A DNA stretch of 64,000 nt from positions 88,414,001 through 88,478,000 of the forward strand of contig NC_086097.1 of NCBI RefSeq assembly GCF_963921235.1, in the 5' to 3' direction. Under the pieces are notes generated by a model. It searched no databases, was not told the origin of the DNA, and was given only the letters and a program-made list of their open reading frames with translations. Every line of letters begins with the position of its first letter. The stretch's first letter is position 1. Shown one piece after another: positions 24,901 to 37,962 of this stretch. The DNA is from Mobula hypostoma (lineage: Eukaryota). A program made the position numbers and the translations under genes.

Positions 24901-27900
24901 GTAAGACCATAAAGTATAGGGGCAGAAGTAGGCCATTTGGCCCATCGAGTCTGCTCTGTTGTTCAGTCATGGGCTGATCCAAATCTTCCAGTCATCCCCA
25001 CTCCCCTGCCTTCACCCCATTTCCTTTGATGCCCTGGCTGATCAAAAGCCTATCTATCTCTGCCTTAAATACACCCAATTACTTGGCCTCCACAGCTGCT
25101 TGTGGCAACAAATTCCACAGATTTACTACCCTCTGAGTAAAGTAATTTCTCCACATCTCAGTTCTAAAAAGACGTCCTTCAATCCTGAAGTTGTGCCCTC
25201 TTGTCGTGGAATGCCCTACCATGGGAAATAACTTTGCCATATCTAATTTGTTCAGGCCTTTTAACATTCAGAATGTTTCTGTGAGATCCCCCCTCATTTT
25301 CCTGAACTCCAGGGAATACAGGCCAAGAGCTGTCAGACGTTCCTCATACAGTAAACCTTTCGTTCCTGGAATCATTCTCGTGAATCTTCTCTGAACCCTC
25401 TCCAATGCTAGTATATCCTTTCTAAAATAAGGAGCCCAAAATTGCACACAATACTCCAAGTGCGGTCTCACGAGTGCCTTATAGAACCTCAACATCACAT
25501 CCCTGCTCTTCTATACCTCTTGAAATGAATGCTAACATTGCATTTGCCTTCCTCATAACCGACTCAACCTGGAGGTTAACCTTTAGGGTATCTTGCCCAA
25601 GGACTCCCAAGTCCCTTTGCATCTCTGCATTTTGAATTCTCTCTCCATCTAAATAATAGTCTGCAAGTCTGTTTCTTCCACCAAAGTGCATGACCATACA
25701 CTCTCCAACATTGTATTTCATTTGCCACCTCTTTGCCCATTCCCCTAAACTATTTAAATCTCTCTGCAGGCTCTCTGTTTCCTCAACACTACCCGCTCCT
25801 CCACCTATCTTTGTATCATCAGCAAATTTAGCCACAAATACATTAATACCATAGTCCAAATCATTGACATGCATTGTAAAAAGCAGTGGTCCCAACACTG
25901 ATACCTGTGTAACTCCACTGGTAACCGGCAGCCAGCCAGAATAGAATCCATTTATTCCCACTCTCTGTTTTCTGCTGACCAGTCAATGCTCCACCCATGC
26001 TAGTAACTTCCCTGTAATTCCATGGGCTCTTATCTTGCTAAGTAGCCTCATGTGAGGCACCTTGTCAAAGGCCTTCTGAAAATGCAAGTACACCACATCT
26101 GCTGAATCTCCTTTGTCTACACTGCATGTAATTTCCTCAAAGAATTGCAGTAGGTTGTCAGGCAGGATTTTCCATTCAGGAAACCATGTTGGCTTTGGCC
26201 TATCTTGTCATGTGCCTCCAGGTAGTCCGTAATCTCATCCCTAGCAGTCGATTCCAAGAACTTCCCAACCACTGACGTCAAGCTAACAAGTCTATAGTTC
26301 CCTTTCTGCTGCCTCCCACCCTTCTTAAATAGCAGAGTAACATTTGCAATTTTCTAGTCATCTGGTACAATCTATTGATTCTTGAAAGATCATCATTAAT
26401 GCCTCCGCAATCTCTCCAGCTACTTCCTTCAGAACCCAAAGGTGTATTCCATCAGGTCCTGGAGATTTATCCACCCTCAGACCATTAAGCATCCTGAGCA
26501 CCTTCAGTCATAATTTTCACTGCACAAACTTCACTTCCCTGACACTCTTGAATGTCTTGTATACTGCAGACGTCTTCCACTGTGAAGACTGATGCAAAAT
26601 ACGCATTCAGGTCCTCTGCCATCTCTGCATCTCTCATTACAATATCTCCAGCGTCATTTTGTATTGGTCCTGTATCTACCCTTGACTTTCTTTTACCCTT
26701 TATATACTTAAAAAAAGCTTTTAGTATCTTCTTTGATATTAGTCGCCAGCTTCCTCCCAGAATTCATCTTTTCCTTCTGAATGACCTTCTTAGTTTCCTT
26801 CTGCAAGTTTTTAAAATCTCCCCAATCCTCTATTTCCCCACTACCTTGTATGCCCTCTCATTTGCTTTTACTTTGGCTCTGACTTGATTTGTCAGCCATG
26901 GTCATGTCCTTTTTCCCTTTGAAAATTTCTTTTTATTTGTCTTGCACTTCTCCCATTTTTCACAGAAACTCCAGCCATTGCTGCTCTGCTGTCCTTCCTG
27001 CAAATGTCCCTTTCCAGTCAACTTCGGCCAGTTCCCCTCTCATGCTCTCATGCCATTGTAATTTCCTTTATTCCACTGAAATACCAACACACATTGGATT
27101 TTATTTTTTCCCTCTCAGATTTCAATGTGAACTTGATCATATTATGATTACTGTTCCCTAAGGGTTTCTTAACCTTAAGCTCTCTTATCACCCCCGGATC
27201 ATTGCACAGCACCCAATCCAGCACAGCCGATCCCCTAGTGGGCTCAACAACAAGCTGTTCTAAAAAGCCATCACTTAGATATTCTACAAATTCACTCTCT
27301 TGAGGTCCAGTACTGACCTGGTTTTCCCAATCCACTTTCATGTTAAAATCCCCAACGATTATCATGACATTGCCTTTCTGACATGCCTTTTCTACCTCCT
27401 GCTGTAATTTGTAATCCACATCCTGGCTGCTGTTTGGAGGCCTGTATACAACTGCCATTAGGGTCCTTTTACCCTTGCCATTTCTTAACTCAACCCATAG
27501 AAAATCTACACCTTTCAATCCTATATCATCTCTTTCCAATAATTTAATATTATTTCTTATACATAGAACCGCACCACCCCTCTGCCTACTAATCTATCTT
27601 TCCGATATACCATATATCCTTGGACGTTCAGCTCTCAGTGACAGCCACCCTTTAGCTAAGTTTCAGAGATGGCCACAACGTCATGTTTGCCGATCTGTAG
27701 CTGAATTTCAAGATCGTCCATTTTATTCCTTATGCTGCATGCATTCACTCTTAGTCCAGTATTTGTTGCTTTCTTTTTTAACTGCACCACACCTCTATTG
27801 CCCCGTAAATCATGCCACTGGCTTTGATTAAGCCTCATCTCCTGCCTGTTCTGTCATCTCTGTTGCATGCTATCTTTGATTTTTTTCTGTTTTCCCCTTC

Positions 27901-28675
27901 CTCAGCCCTGACACTCCAGTTCCCATCCCCCTGCCAAATTCGTTTAAACCCTCCCCAACAGCTCTATTAAATGTGCCCACTAGGATATTGGAACCCTTTG
28001 GGTTCAGGTGTAACCCGTTCTTTTTGTAGAGATCATACTTCCCCCAGAAGAGGCCCCAATGATCCAGGAATCTGAAGCCCTGCCCCCTACACCAGTCTCT
28101 CAGCCACACATTAATACGCCTGATCGTGCTATTCTTGCACTCGCTAGCACGTGGCACCGGTAGCAATCCTGAGGTTACTACCCTAGAGATCCTGCTTTTC
28201 AGCTTCCTACTCAACTCCCCGAATTCTCTCTTCAGGACCTCCCTTTTTCTACCCACGTCTTTGGTACCAATGTGTTCCAAGAATTTTGGCTGTTCACCCT
28301 CTCCCTTTAGAATACACTGCACCCAATCCGAGACATCCCATACCCTGACACCTGGGAGGCATCACACCATGGGTATCTATATCAGGCTGACAGAACCTTC
28401 CGTCTGTTCCCCTCACTATGGAATCCCCTATGACTACCGCATTCCTCATCTTCCTCATTCCCTTCTTCACCACGGAACCAGGCTCAGTGCCAGAGACCCG
28501 ATCGCCATGGTCGTCCTCTGTCAGGTCATCCGCCTCAACCGCATCCAAAACGAGATAACGATTACTGAGGGGGATGGCCACAGGGGTGCTCTCTACTATC
28601 TGAGCTCTTTCCCTCACTTCCCTGACCATCACCCACTTATCTAACTCCTGCAGCCTTGGGGTGATTAACTCCTTG
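24901..28675 (-). mobile_element. Near full-length CR1 LINE (ORF1 esterase; ORF2 APE and RT), disrupted
   Basis: ORF1 SNRY...[88 protein letters not shown]; tail ttatggtcttac. Confidence 0.93.
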
Positions 28676-31364
28676 TAAGTATAGCCTTTGAGTATTTTGA
28701 AGGCAGAGATAGATGGCTTCTTTATAAGGAAGGGAATGAGAGATTACTGCTGGTAAACAGGAATGTAGAGTTGAGGTTACAATGGGATCAACCATGATGA
28801 AATGGCAGAGTGGCTTATTCTGGTCCTAATTCATAGGTTCATGAGGGAAAAGAATTCTGAAGCCAAAAACTTTTATTTTCATGGTCAACTTCCTAAAACA
28901 ATTGGTGATTTTAAGTCGCGGCTTCAATTATTTCATTGCTGTTTCTTCTTGCTGTAGTCAAGTTGGCTATTGTGTTTCCCTGGATTACAGGAGTAAGCAT
29001 AGGGTACTTTGTGGTACTTCCTTGGCTCCTTTTTCTTGAAGTTAAGAAAGGCAGAGTTGTAAGTACAAATCGTTTCCCCTTTATGCATAACCTAGGTCAG
29101 GAAAATACACAAGGTGTGGACCACTGTAGCTGTTATTCCACCCATGATCACTGTTTGATTTCACCCACCACCCCGCACCAAATACACAGTACAGTGGTTG
29201 AATGCTTTTAAAATTCAAACAGGAAACTGTTTCTTTGTGTGGTTTCCATCATCAGCCCTGACAACTAATTGAAACTGTCAATGCGTATTAAATAAATTGA
29301 ATGTTTATATGGTGCACTTTAATGTGAGTAGTTGCCAAGTGCAAGATTTAATGCTCCTGGAAACCATTGACTCGTGCCCTGTTGAAAATATAATAGCAAT
29401 TTGTGTGCTGAGAAGTCAAGTACAGTATGACTGCTGTACTTTAGCTCGCAAAGATAGATCCTTTTCTCTGAATTTAATTCAAAGTGTTTCAAAGTCTGGT
29501 CTCAGATAAAAGCATTGCATTAGGCAAACCAGGGAGTGGTTGTATTTTAAATCTACTACCTGTTTTATGCACTATGATTGCTAAAACAGAGTGGCTATCT
29601 AAGTTAAGAATATAACTTTATACTAGATTAGTATTAGGGAGAAATTAAATCAGTGTCTAAAGTCATTTGCGCAGCCTGAAGCATCTTTTCATCTTTGCAT
29701 CCAAACACATCATATCAGAATGCCACTTTGTAATTTTGCAGATTAATCTTTTGTAGAAAATAAGTCAACAGAAATTCTGCTCAATTCTTCCAATTTACTG
29801 ACGAAATAGGATTCAAAGGTGCTGTAGGCATTCATACTTGTTTTATTTGTAGGAGAATACATAAATACGCAACAGTCTTTGGGATTCTGTAAGGAACATA
29901 GCAGTTATAAACAAAACATGACCTTGTGCTGCTTCATTCTGAAAGTGTCCTATTTAATCTTGGCTCTGGATTTAAAGAAAGGAGAATGAATAGAAGGGGT
30001 CAGCTAGAGAAATGCTGAGCTGTCACAGCAATGATCTGGAATCAGAAAATGTTGGACCAGCGCATTTTACGAGGAGTTTAAATGTTTTTTTTCCTCACCC
30101 AAGAACTTCAGCTTACTTGGTATCAGAAGATCCATGGACAATAGAGCAATGAGATCAACAAGACACCTGGGACCCCAGTGAATGGAAAAAATAAAGTCAG
30201 TCATTTTTAGGGTACAACATCTCATATTTAAAGCAGGCACACTTTGGCCTTCTGGACTTAACAATATGTGCATCAGTCTCAGGCCATGGCTCCTCTCCAT
30301 CAGTCTCTCAACCCATTGTTTGCTTCCTTTATTGATGGAAGTTATAATGAGGTATGAAATAGCCACTGCCTTCCAGGTAAATACTGTAAGAGTGATGGCT
30401 CATGAGACATACAGATTTCTTGGATAGAAAATCTACAGAAGGAATGCAGTCCATTCCTTTTCACGGACGTTCATAATGCCTACACCATAGGTCACATTAT
30501 TGAACTTCTGCACAGGAAGCAGAGCTGTAGTGTCTGTGAACGCTGCATTCCACAATGAAAACTTTCATTGGGTTTGTTTTTTCAGTTTTGATGGCGCATG
30601 ATAAGACTGAAAAGTTAATCTTTTTCATTTTCAGCATACTGCCTGATGCATACATGCATTTCCTAATTTTATTAAATAAAATTCAATGATCGAGGAAGCT
30701 CGGAAGAGACGTGTTGGACATTGGATTATGTAAATGAAGATTACCAGATTATCACTGAATTACATGCAGGGAAAACGTCTTTATCTTGGTTATAGAAGAT
30801 GACAAGTAAACAAAAAGAAGGTGCAACTAGTTGCCTGGGGCGTAGATTTTCTTTTGCTTCATGAAGTTCTGGGACCGGAGTTAGATGTCCATGGGTAGAA
30901 GTTGCACATCTTCTAACACTGTGTAAGTCACATGGTGATTGTTGGTTATGTACAAATCACTGGACCCACTTCCTTTCAGTATGCTTGGATAAAACATTTT
31001 CTGATAAGCTGAAATAAATTTGGCTTTGACTCGCCCCCAGCCAGGAATTCACAGTGGATCGATGCAGCAAAACCATGTAATCAGTTAAACATCTCATTTT
31101 AATTGCATTCTTCAGTCTTCACATGGAATTGTGGAATAATCTTTATTTTACAGTTAGATTCACAGCAAAGGCAACTTAAAGGATAAGTTGGATCACAAGT
31201 TCCATTCAACACAACTTGCTTTTTGCATCAGGTTTAATTTACATTTGCTTTGTACCTGCCCATTGTCAGTTAAGAAAGAACTTTCCTATGGGTATGTGCA
31301 CCCCAGGAAAAAACACACACACAGATTTGCACTTTTCAATGGTTTGCAATCCATGAGGTATAAT

Positions 31365-32130
31365 ACTTGTAGAACAGTACACTATAAGCACAATAAGGGC
31401 CTTCAGCCCACAATGTTGTGCCAACTTTATAATCTATTCTAACAACAATCTAGCCCTACCTAACTCTCCATTTTTCTATCATCTGTGTGCCTACCTAAGA
31501 GTTTCTGAAATGTATCTGGCTCTACCACCACCATTGACCGAGCATTCCACACACCAAAAATGCTAACCTGTGACATCTCCCTAGACATCCCTCCAATCAC
31601 GTTGAAAGTATACCTCCCTTGAATTAGCCATTTCTGCCATGGGAGAAGGTCTCTGGATTCGGTCTGTCTATGCCTTGTATCAAGTAACCACTTGTCCTCT
31701 TTTACTCCATAGAGGAAAGCCCTAGCTCTCTCAACCTCTCGTCATAAGATATGCTCTCTAATCCAGGCAGCATCCTGGTAACTCACCTCTGCACCCTCTC
31801 TAAAGGTTCCACATACTTCCTACAATAAGACAACCAGAACTGAACACAATATTCCAGGTGTGATCTAACTAGAGTTTTATAGAGCTGCTACATTACCTCA
31901 CTGCTCTTGAAATCAATCCACCAACTAATGAAGGCTAACATACCATGCACCTTTTTAACAACATCAGCCTCCATGGCAATTTTGAGGATTCCGTGGATAT
32001 GGACCCCCAAGATCTCTCTGTCCTCCATACTGCTAAGATTTTCTGCCATTAAATCTACTTCTGCCTTCAAATTTGATCTTCCAAAGTGAATCACCTCACA
32101 CTTTTCCAGGTTGAACTCCATCTGCATTTT
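31365..32130 (-). mobile_element. CR1 3' portion
   Basis: QMEFNLEKCEVIHFGRSN...LAFI, followed by the CR1 3' UTR. Confidence 0.85.
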
Positions 32131-32210
32131 CTCATGAAACTACCTAGAGTGCCAGTTCTACATTAAGAATTTTACAAAATCATCCAGAGCTGATCAATTA
32201 TAGGCCAGAA

Positions 32211-32422
32211 TGAGCAACATAAATAAATGCTGGGGAACTCAGCAGGTCAGGCAGCATCTGTGGAAATGAACAGAAAGTCGACATTTTGGGTTGATGGAGG
32301 GCCTTGACCCTAAAAGTTGACTGTTTTTCATTTCCATAGATATTGCCTGACTTCTGAGTTGCCCCACCATTTTGTTTTGTGTTGCTCTGCATTTCCAGCA
32401 TCTGCAGAATCTCTTGTGTTCC
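32211..32422. mobile_element. Foldback Penelope-derived short element (two inverted pLTR pieces)
   Basis: Left arm aaatgctggggaactcagcaggtcaggcagcatctgtggaaatg is the reverse complement of right arm catttccatagatattgcctgacttctgagttgcccc. Candidate TSD aggcca at 32202-32207 and 32423-32428. Confidence 0.8.
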
Positions 32423-33394
32423 AGGCCATAAAGACCCTCTTTGTGGTTTTTTTGTAATTATATCATGAGCTGAAGTACATCAAGTCTACACTGACCATCA
32501 ACCACCCTTTTATGCTGATCTTGCATCCATCCCACTTTATTTTCCTCACATCCCCACTCCACGAGAACCTACCACTCATCTACACCCTAGGGTTAGCTAA
32601 TGTATCAACGCACACACCTTTGGGATTTGGGTGGTAACCCATACTATCACAGGGAGAAATGTCAAAATTACTCACGGACAATACGAGAAGCCGGGATCAA
32701 ATCCAAATGGACTTTTCTCTTTATCTTGCTTCACATGTGGGCCTGAAAAATTGATGGAGTTGCTGGCCTGTGCAAACCTCCAGTGTGGCAGCTGAGAAAC
32801 CATCCTATTACATCCTAGAAGTGCATCACCTTCCACACAAGTATCAGCAAACATGAAAGAGAAGACTCCAAACCAAGTCTAGAACTTTTGTAAAACAATT
32901 GATTGCACACTGGCTTGAAGCCTCCTCTGTATAATCCTGTTACTCCAATGCAGATGGTAGATGCAGTGCCAGTTATTTTCAGATGACCCAGGTGCCCACC
33001 GATCTGAACCAGCAATCTTCAGTATGACTGTTGAAGGCCCCAACTGCCAAGGAAAATCTTAAGTAGTACATTTCTGAAGGTGTGCAAGTAAAAACCATGG
33101 GATGCTACATGCCAACTGCCATCATAGGTGGCATCCTGATCACACACTCTGTTTCTCCCCATTCTTCTCCTGTTATGCTCACTTTGCCTCTGGTTTCCTG
33201 AGATGGGGTCTGCATATTTATTTGATTTTGATCTGCACAAATTGGCGGCCATATTTTTCTCCATTCCAGTAGTGGCTATCTATCAATGACTGTAAATGCT
33301 GTGATATTTAATTGCAAATAACTTCTATTTTTTTAAAATGATGTTCGTGAGTGAAAATTTTGCCCAATTTCTGACCCAGACTCAGTATGATTGA

Positions 33395-34190
33395 ACGTCA
33401 TAGAGTCATAGAAACAAATCCTTTGGCCTACCTAGTCCATACTGAACTGATTTGCCTCGTTCCATCTACCTTCAACCAAACCATATTCCTCTAAATCCTT
33501 CCCATCCATGTACCTTACCAAACTCACCTCAAATGTTACCATTGAACACACATCTATAACTTCCACAGGCAGCTCTTTAAACACTTGCAGGATCCTCTGA
33601 GTGAAGACGTTTCCACTCAGCTTCCCCTTAAATATTTCACCTTTCACTCTAAATCTATGAACTCTAGTTCTGGTCTCATTCAGCCTCGGGGAAAATCCTG
33701 CATGTATTCACCCTATCTATCTGTCATCATCATTATCATTATGTTTCGTGTCGTATGGCATAGGCAATCATGGTCCCATGACCATGATTGTTCTTAGAAT
33801 TTTTTGTGGTTTGCCATTTCCTTCTTCTGGGAAGTGTCTTTACAAGTTGGTTGACCCCAGTCATTAATAATACTCTTCAGAGATTGCCTGGCGCCAGTGG
33901 TCACATAACCTGATTTGTGATATGCATCAGCTGTTCATACGACCATCCACCACTTGCTCTTATGGCTTCGCTTGACCCTGATCAGGGGGCTGAGCAGATT
34001 CTACAACTTGCCCAAGGGTGACCAGCAGGCTAGCAGAGGGAAAGAGCACCATACACCTCCTCTAGTAGAGACCTATCTGCACCCCGCAAACTCTCATAAT
34101 TTGCTATACCTCTTTCAAATCTCCCCTCATCCTCCTACAGTCCAGGGAACAAAGACTAATTCAATCTTTCCCTATAACTCAGGTCATAGT
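33395..34190 (-). mobile_element. CR1 3' end, split by an RTE-derived short element
   Basis: KGKLSGNVFTQR...LVRYMD; CR1 sequence resumes at about 34090 (tctcataatttgctatacctc). Confidence 0.75.
33724..34088 (-). mobile_element. RTE-related short non-autonomous retroelement with a Bov-A-like motif and (ATG)n tail
   Basis: Minus strand contains agaaggaaatggcaaaccac (33806-33825) and ends aatgataatgatgatga. Confidence 0.65.
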
Positions 34191-34712
34191 AGATATGAAG
34201 AACACTTGGGAAGTGGTATTTTTGAGGTAGGAATTAGACTGATGATCCATAATATTTTTGAGGCCTCACACAAGAGAACCTTGAACCTCTTGAGAGGTGC
34301 CGTCTTCTCCTTCAGATAGCACTGTTTCAAGAACTACACAGTTCAGCCAAGTTTCTAGACTATTATTCAATTCCTTATTCTCTGTTGATGCTCCCAGAGG
34401 AAACAGACTCACAGTTTGGGGAGTAGACGATACCACTGAGGGCTGGTGTTCAGTAGTCAGTGTGAGTGGTGCAATAGTACAGCACCAAGTTGTGGGGACA
34501 GGTAACCTCTGCTCCATGTGTTGATAGACACCAGTCTCCTACAGTCACTTGAACATGATGAAATCTGTTGTCTCCCTACCTCCTTGTTTCTCTGCACAGA
34601 TCTCTCAGGCCTGGAAATAGCAGGCTTAATGGCCAACAACCTCCACTGAACCTGTTACTGTAGAGAAATCGCTGGGCTGGGGAGAGCCATGCACTAAAAC
34701 CAAATGTGGAGG

Positions 34713-35054
34713 ACACATACACAAAATGCTGGAGGAACTCAACAGGTCAGGCAGCATCTACGGAGGGGATAAATAGTTGATGCTGTGGGCTGAGACACTT
34801 CACTAAGACTGGAAAGACAGGGGAAAGAAACCAGAATGAGAAGATGGGAGGTGGAGGGGAGGAAAGGAGTACAAGCTGACTGGTGATAGGTGACTCTTCC
34901 CACCTTTTTTTCCAGTCCTAATGAAGGGTCTAGGCCCAAAACATCGACTCTTTATGCTACTCCATAGATGCTGCTTGCCCTGCTGAGTCCCTCCAGCATT
35001 TTTGTGGGTGTTGCTCTAGATTCCCAACATATGCAGAATCTCTTGTGTTTATAA
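34713..35054. mobile_element. Foldback Penelope-derived element with a hammerhead-like motif in each arm
   Basis: Arms 34719-34817 (-) and 34910-35006 (+) are inverted copies. The plus arm reads cagtcctaatgaagggtctaggcccaaaacatcgact. Candidate TSD gtggagg at 34706-34712 and 35055-35061. Confidence 0.82.
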
Positions 35055-35242
35055 GTGGAGGGGACAACACCATCTTTCACAGCCAATGGAAGATACTACA
35101 AGAGACTTGCAGCAAATGCTGTCTGTACCCAGCAACTCCTTGCAGATTTAGGGTACAGTCTTAAACTCCGTTTCTTAGCACTGAGCGGCCACACACTTGC
35201 CCTGGTTTGCACACCAAACTAGCAAACACAGAAGCTTTTTCA

Positions 35243-35593
35243 TTTGTAATATTGGTTGAGAGGAATGGAGTCGTCAACACTTAAGGTTTCCTATTTTTTT
35301 ATGAAGTTACATAACAGCCCAAGTCTTTTTTTTTAGTTTATTTGATTAGTACTGTTTAGATTAGTTTTTTTGGGGGGGGGGGGTTATAGTTCTATTTTTT
35401 TTCTTTTTCATGATTTTTTAAAGTTTTTTTTGTTTTGTTCATCTGTATCCTATATGATTGGGAGGTTTATCATCTAAGTGTCAACTGGCTTTATAATTAA
35501 CTATGTGAATTATAACAATGTATTCCCAATAACTTTGTACCATTACCATGTTATGTTTGTTATTATGAAACTAATAAAAAGATTGAAAAAGAA
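35243..35593 (+). mobile_element. 5'-truncated L1-clade 3' UTR with 13-bp TSD
   Basis: T-rich body ending aataaaaagattgaaaaagaa, like 3277-3310. TSD agaagctttttca at 35230-35242 and 35594-35606. Confidence 0.85.
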
Positions 35594-36169
35594 AGAAGCT
35601 TTTTCACACTATGCCACGGTGATGCAACAGCTTGGGTGAAGTGCAGGGGTTCTCACTGAGCTCCTGTCACCCACCTCAGTGTGTGATAATAGGGAGAGCA
35701 GGGGGCTGCTCCAGGCTCCCCGGTGAAGCAGGTAACAAATCCTGATGCTATAAGGGTCACTTTCAGTACTGGTTCCGTTGGTGCTCTGGATCCTCGGGAT
35801 GCTCCCGTGCAAGAATTTACTTCAGTGATGTATTAGAAAAATCAAAGCTGCTTCCTTCAGCTAATATCTCCACTTTCTCCCTAACAAATGAACCAAACTC
35901 ATTGAATAGTGTCATATCCAGTGCAAAGTTAAACTTCAAAGTGCTTAACATCATCACTAAGGTTCAGTGTCTCCACCTCTATAACTTTTCCCTGTTCTGT
36001 GCCAACTGGAATAATGTGACTAAAGGCAACGCCCTTCATACAATTCATAAAACTACTTCTTTCAAATATGATTCTTCTACTAAGCTGTGTGCGATTGGAA
36101 CCTGTTATGTACATTTTGGTGTGTTTTTGAGCCGAATGAATGATCTGACACTCTGCCATCTCCAAGAGA

Positions 36170-36830
36170 GTTTGCTGAGGTTTGGAGTGGAGTGTGAGGC
36201 CTGGAGATGGGGTGCGCGCCGATGATCGGTTCCATTTCTCACTGATCTCACTGATTAAAGCATTGAGCAAGATTGAAATCAACGAGAAAGAAGAGCTGAA
36301 GTCAAGTGGGTGTTCTGTGCCATCTGCTTGCTTTTAACCGGGCTTTCTCTCCCTCTTGCTTGCCACTGCAAGAAGAAGCTGCCTGTTCCCTCTCTTTCCC
36401 TCTCGCTCGATGATGCCGGAGGATGGTGCCAGAGTCATGGTTCTGGGCAAGGTTTAATTGTTGTGGATTAGACTCTGGAATTCATGTTATTTATGCTTCT
36501 GGTTACTCCTTTTTTATTGCTATTTTGTGCAATTTTGATCTGGGTGCACTGGCTCTGTGACCTACAGCGCCAAATTGAACTGAACTAAAGTGAACATTCC
36601 TAGACTGTTTCAAGGGCTCTGTGGTTTGATATTTTATATTCTGTGGTTTCACGCTCATCTTGTGTTGTTTGCGTGATTTATTTTCTTTTTTTTGTGCGTT
36701 TGGTGTTTGACGCTGTCTTTGAATGGGTTTCATGGCGTTTCCTTGTTTTGTGGCTGTCTGTGGGAAGACGATTCTCAGGATTGAGTATTGCATACATTCT
36801 TTGATAATAAATGTACTTTGAATTTTTGAG
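36170..36830 (+). mobile_element. Non-coding retroelement with a Rex1-like 3' tail
   Basis: CpG-containing 5' part, T/G-rich body, tail tgataataaatgtactttgaa. Confidence 0.55.
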
Positions 36831-37244
36831 GCTTTAATCTCATCTCATCAACCACTGATATCCTTTCCCTGTGTTCATTACCTTGGAAATCATGTATTTC
36901 CAGCATGTTCTAGTCAGTTATCCCCAGTCCATCCTGTACAAACATGAGGACTTCGGTATCTCTGTTGGCTGGGATATGACTGACAGTCATTTCTATTTCC
37001 CTGCCAGTCCAGTACTACACAGGCTGCTGCTTAAGCAATTTCTCAATTTAAAAATTGTGATTTCTGTCTTCTAATCCCTCCATTATCCCTGTCTGAACCA
37101 ATCTTCCTGGTTCCCTACATCCTTCTAATTCTAGGCTTATGATCATATCAACATTTAATTACAGCATCCCGCGACAGCTTCCCTGTACCTCCACCTGGAT
37201 TGGATTCACTGAATGCAGTGATCACCACTATTGAGCACAGTGTT

Positions 37245-37962
37245 TGCAAAGAGCTGATTATCGATTCGTGGGAGGAATTCAATGAACCAGTCCTCATTAG
37301 GAGATCCAAGGTGGAGAGGGTCAATAGCTTTAAGTTCCTTGACATTAATGTATCAGAGAAGCTGTCCTGGGACTAGCATGTAACTGTCATCATAAAGAAG
37401 GCATGGCAATTCCTCTACTTCCTTAAAAATTTTCATAGATTCCGGATGTTACCTAAAACTTTGACAAATTTCTATAGATGTACAGTGGAGAGTATCCGAA
37501 CTGGTTGCATCGTGACCTGATAAGGAAACAGTGGTGACCAGGAATGGAAAAGACTGCAGAAAGTAGTGGACACAGCACAGTCTTATCACAGGCGAAGCCC
37601 TCCCCTCCATTGAGTACATTTACAAGGAGTGCTGCCACAGTAAAGCAGCATCCACCATCAAAGACCCCCACCATCCAGGCCAGGCTTTCTTCCTGCTACT
37701 GTCAGCAGCCAGGAATTACAGAAGTATTAGGTTCCATACCACCAGGTTTAGGAACAGTTATTACCCTACAGCCATCAGGCTCTTGAACCGGTGTGGATAA
37801 CAGTCACGTTAACTCTGAACTTATTCTATAACCTATGTTAATCTGTTAGCTTTGTGTACATCCTATTGTATCTTTCCCCACAAATGCAGGAAAGAAAATG
37901 AATCTCAATGAACTACGTGGTAACATGTACATACTTTGATAATAAATTTACTTTGAACTTTT
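37245..37962 (+). mobile_element. Rex1/Babar LINE 3' portion
   Basis: Encodes VERVNSFKFL and NFYRCTVES; tail aataaatttactttgaac. Confidence 0.85.

Noticed and set aside
32211..32422. DNA-transposon MITE or pre-miRNA interpretation of the hairpin
   Set aside because: The arms are Penelope pLTR sequence, asymmetric in length, and lack DNA-transposon TIR signatures.
34240..34700. Possible Myb/SANT (Harbinger) remnant or exon
   Set aside because: No motif could be matched convincingly.
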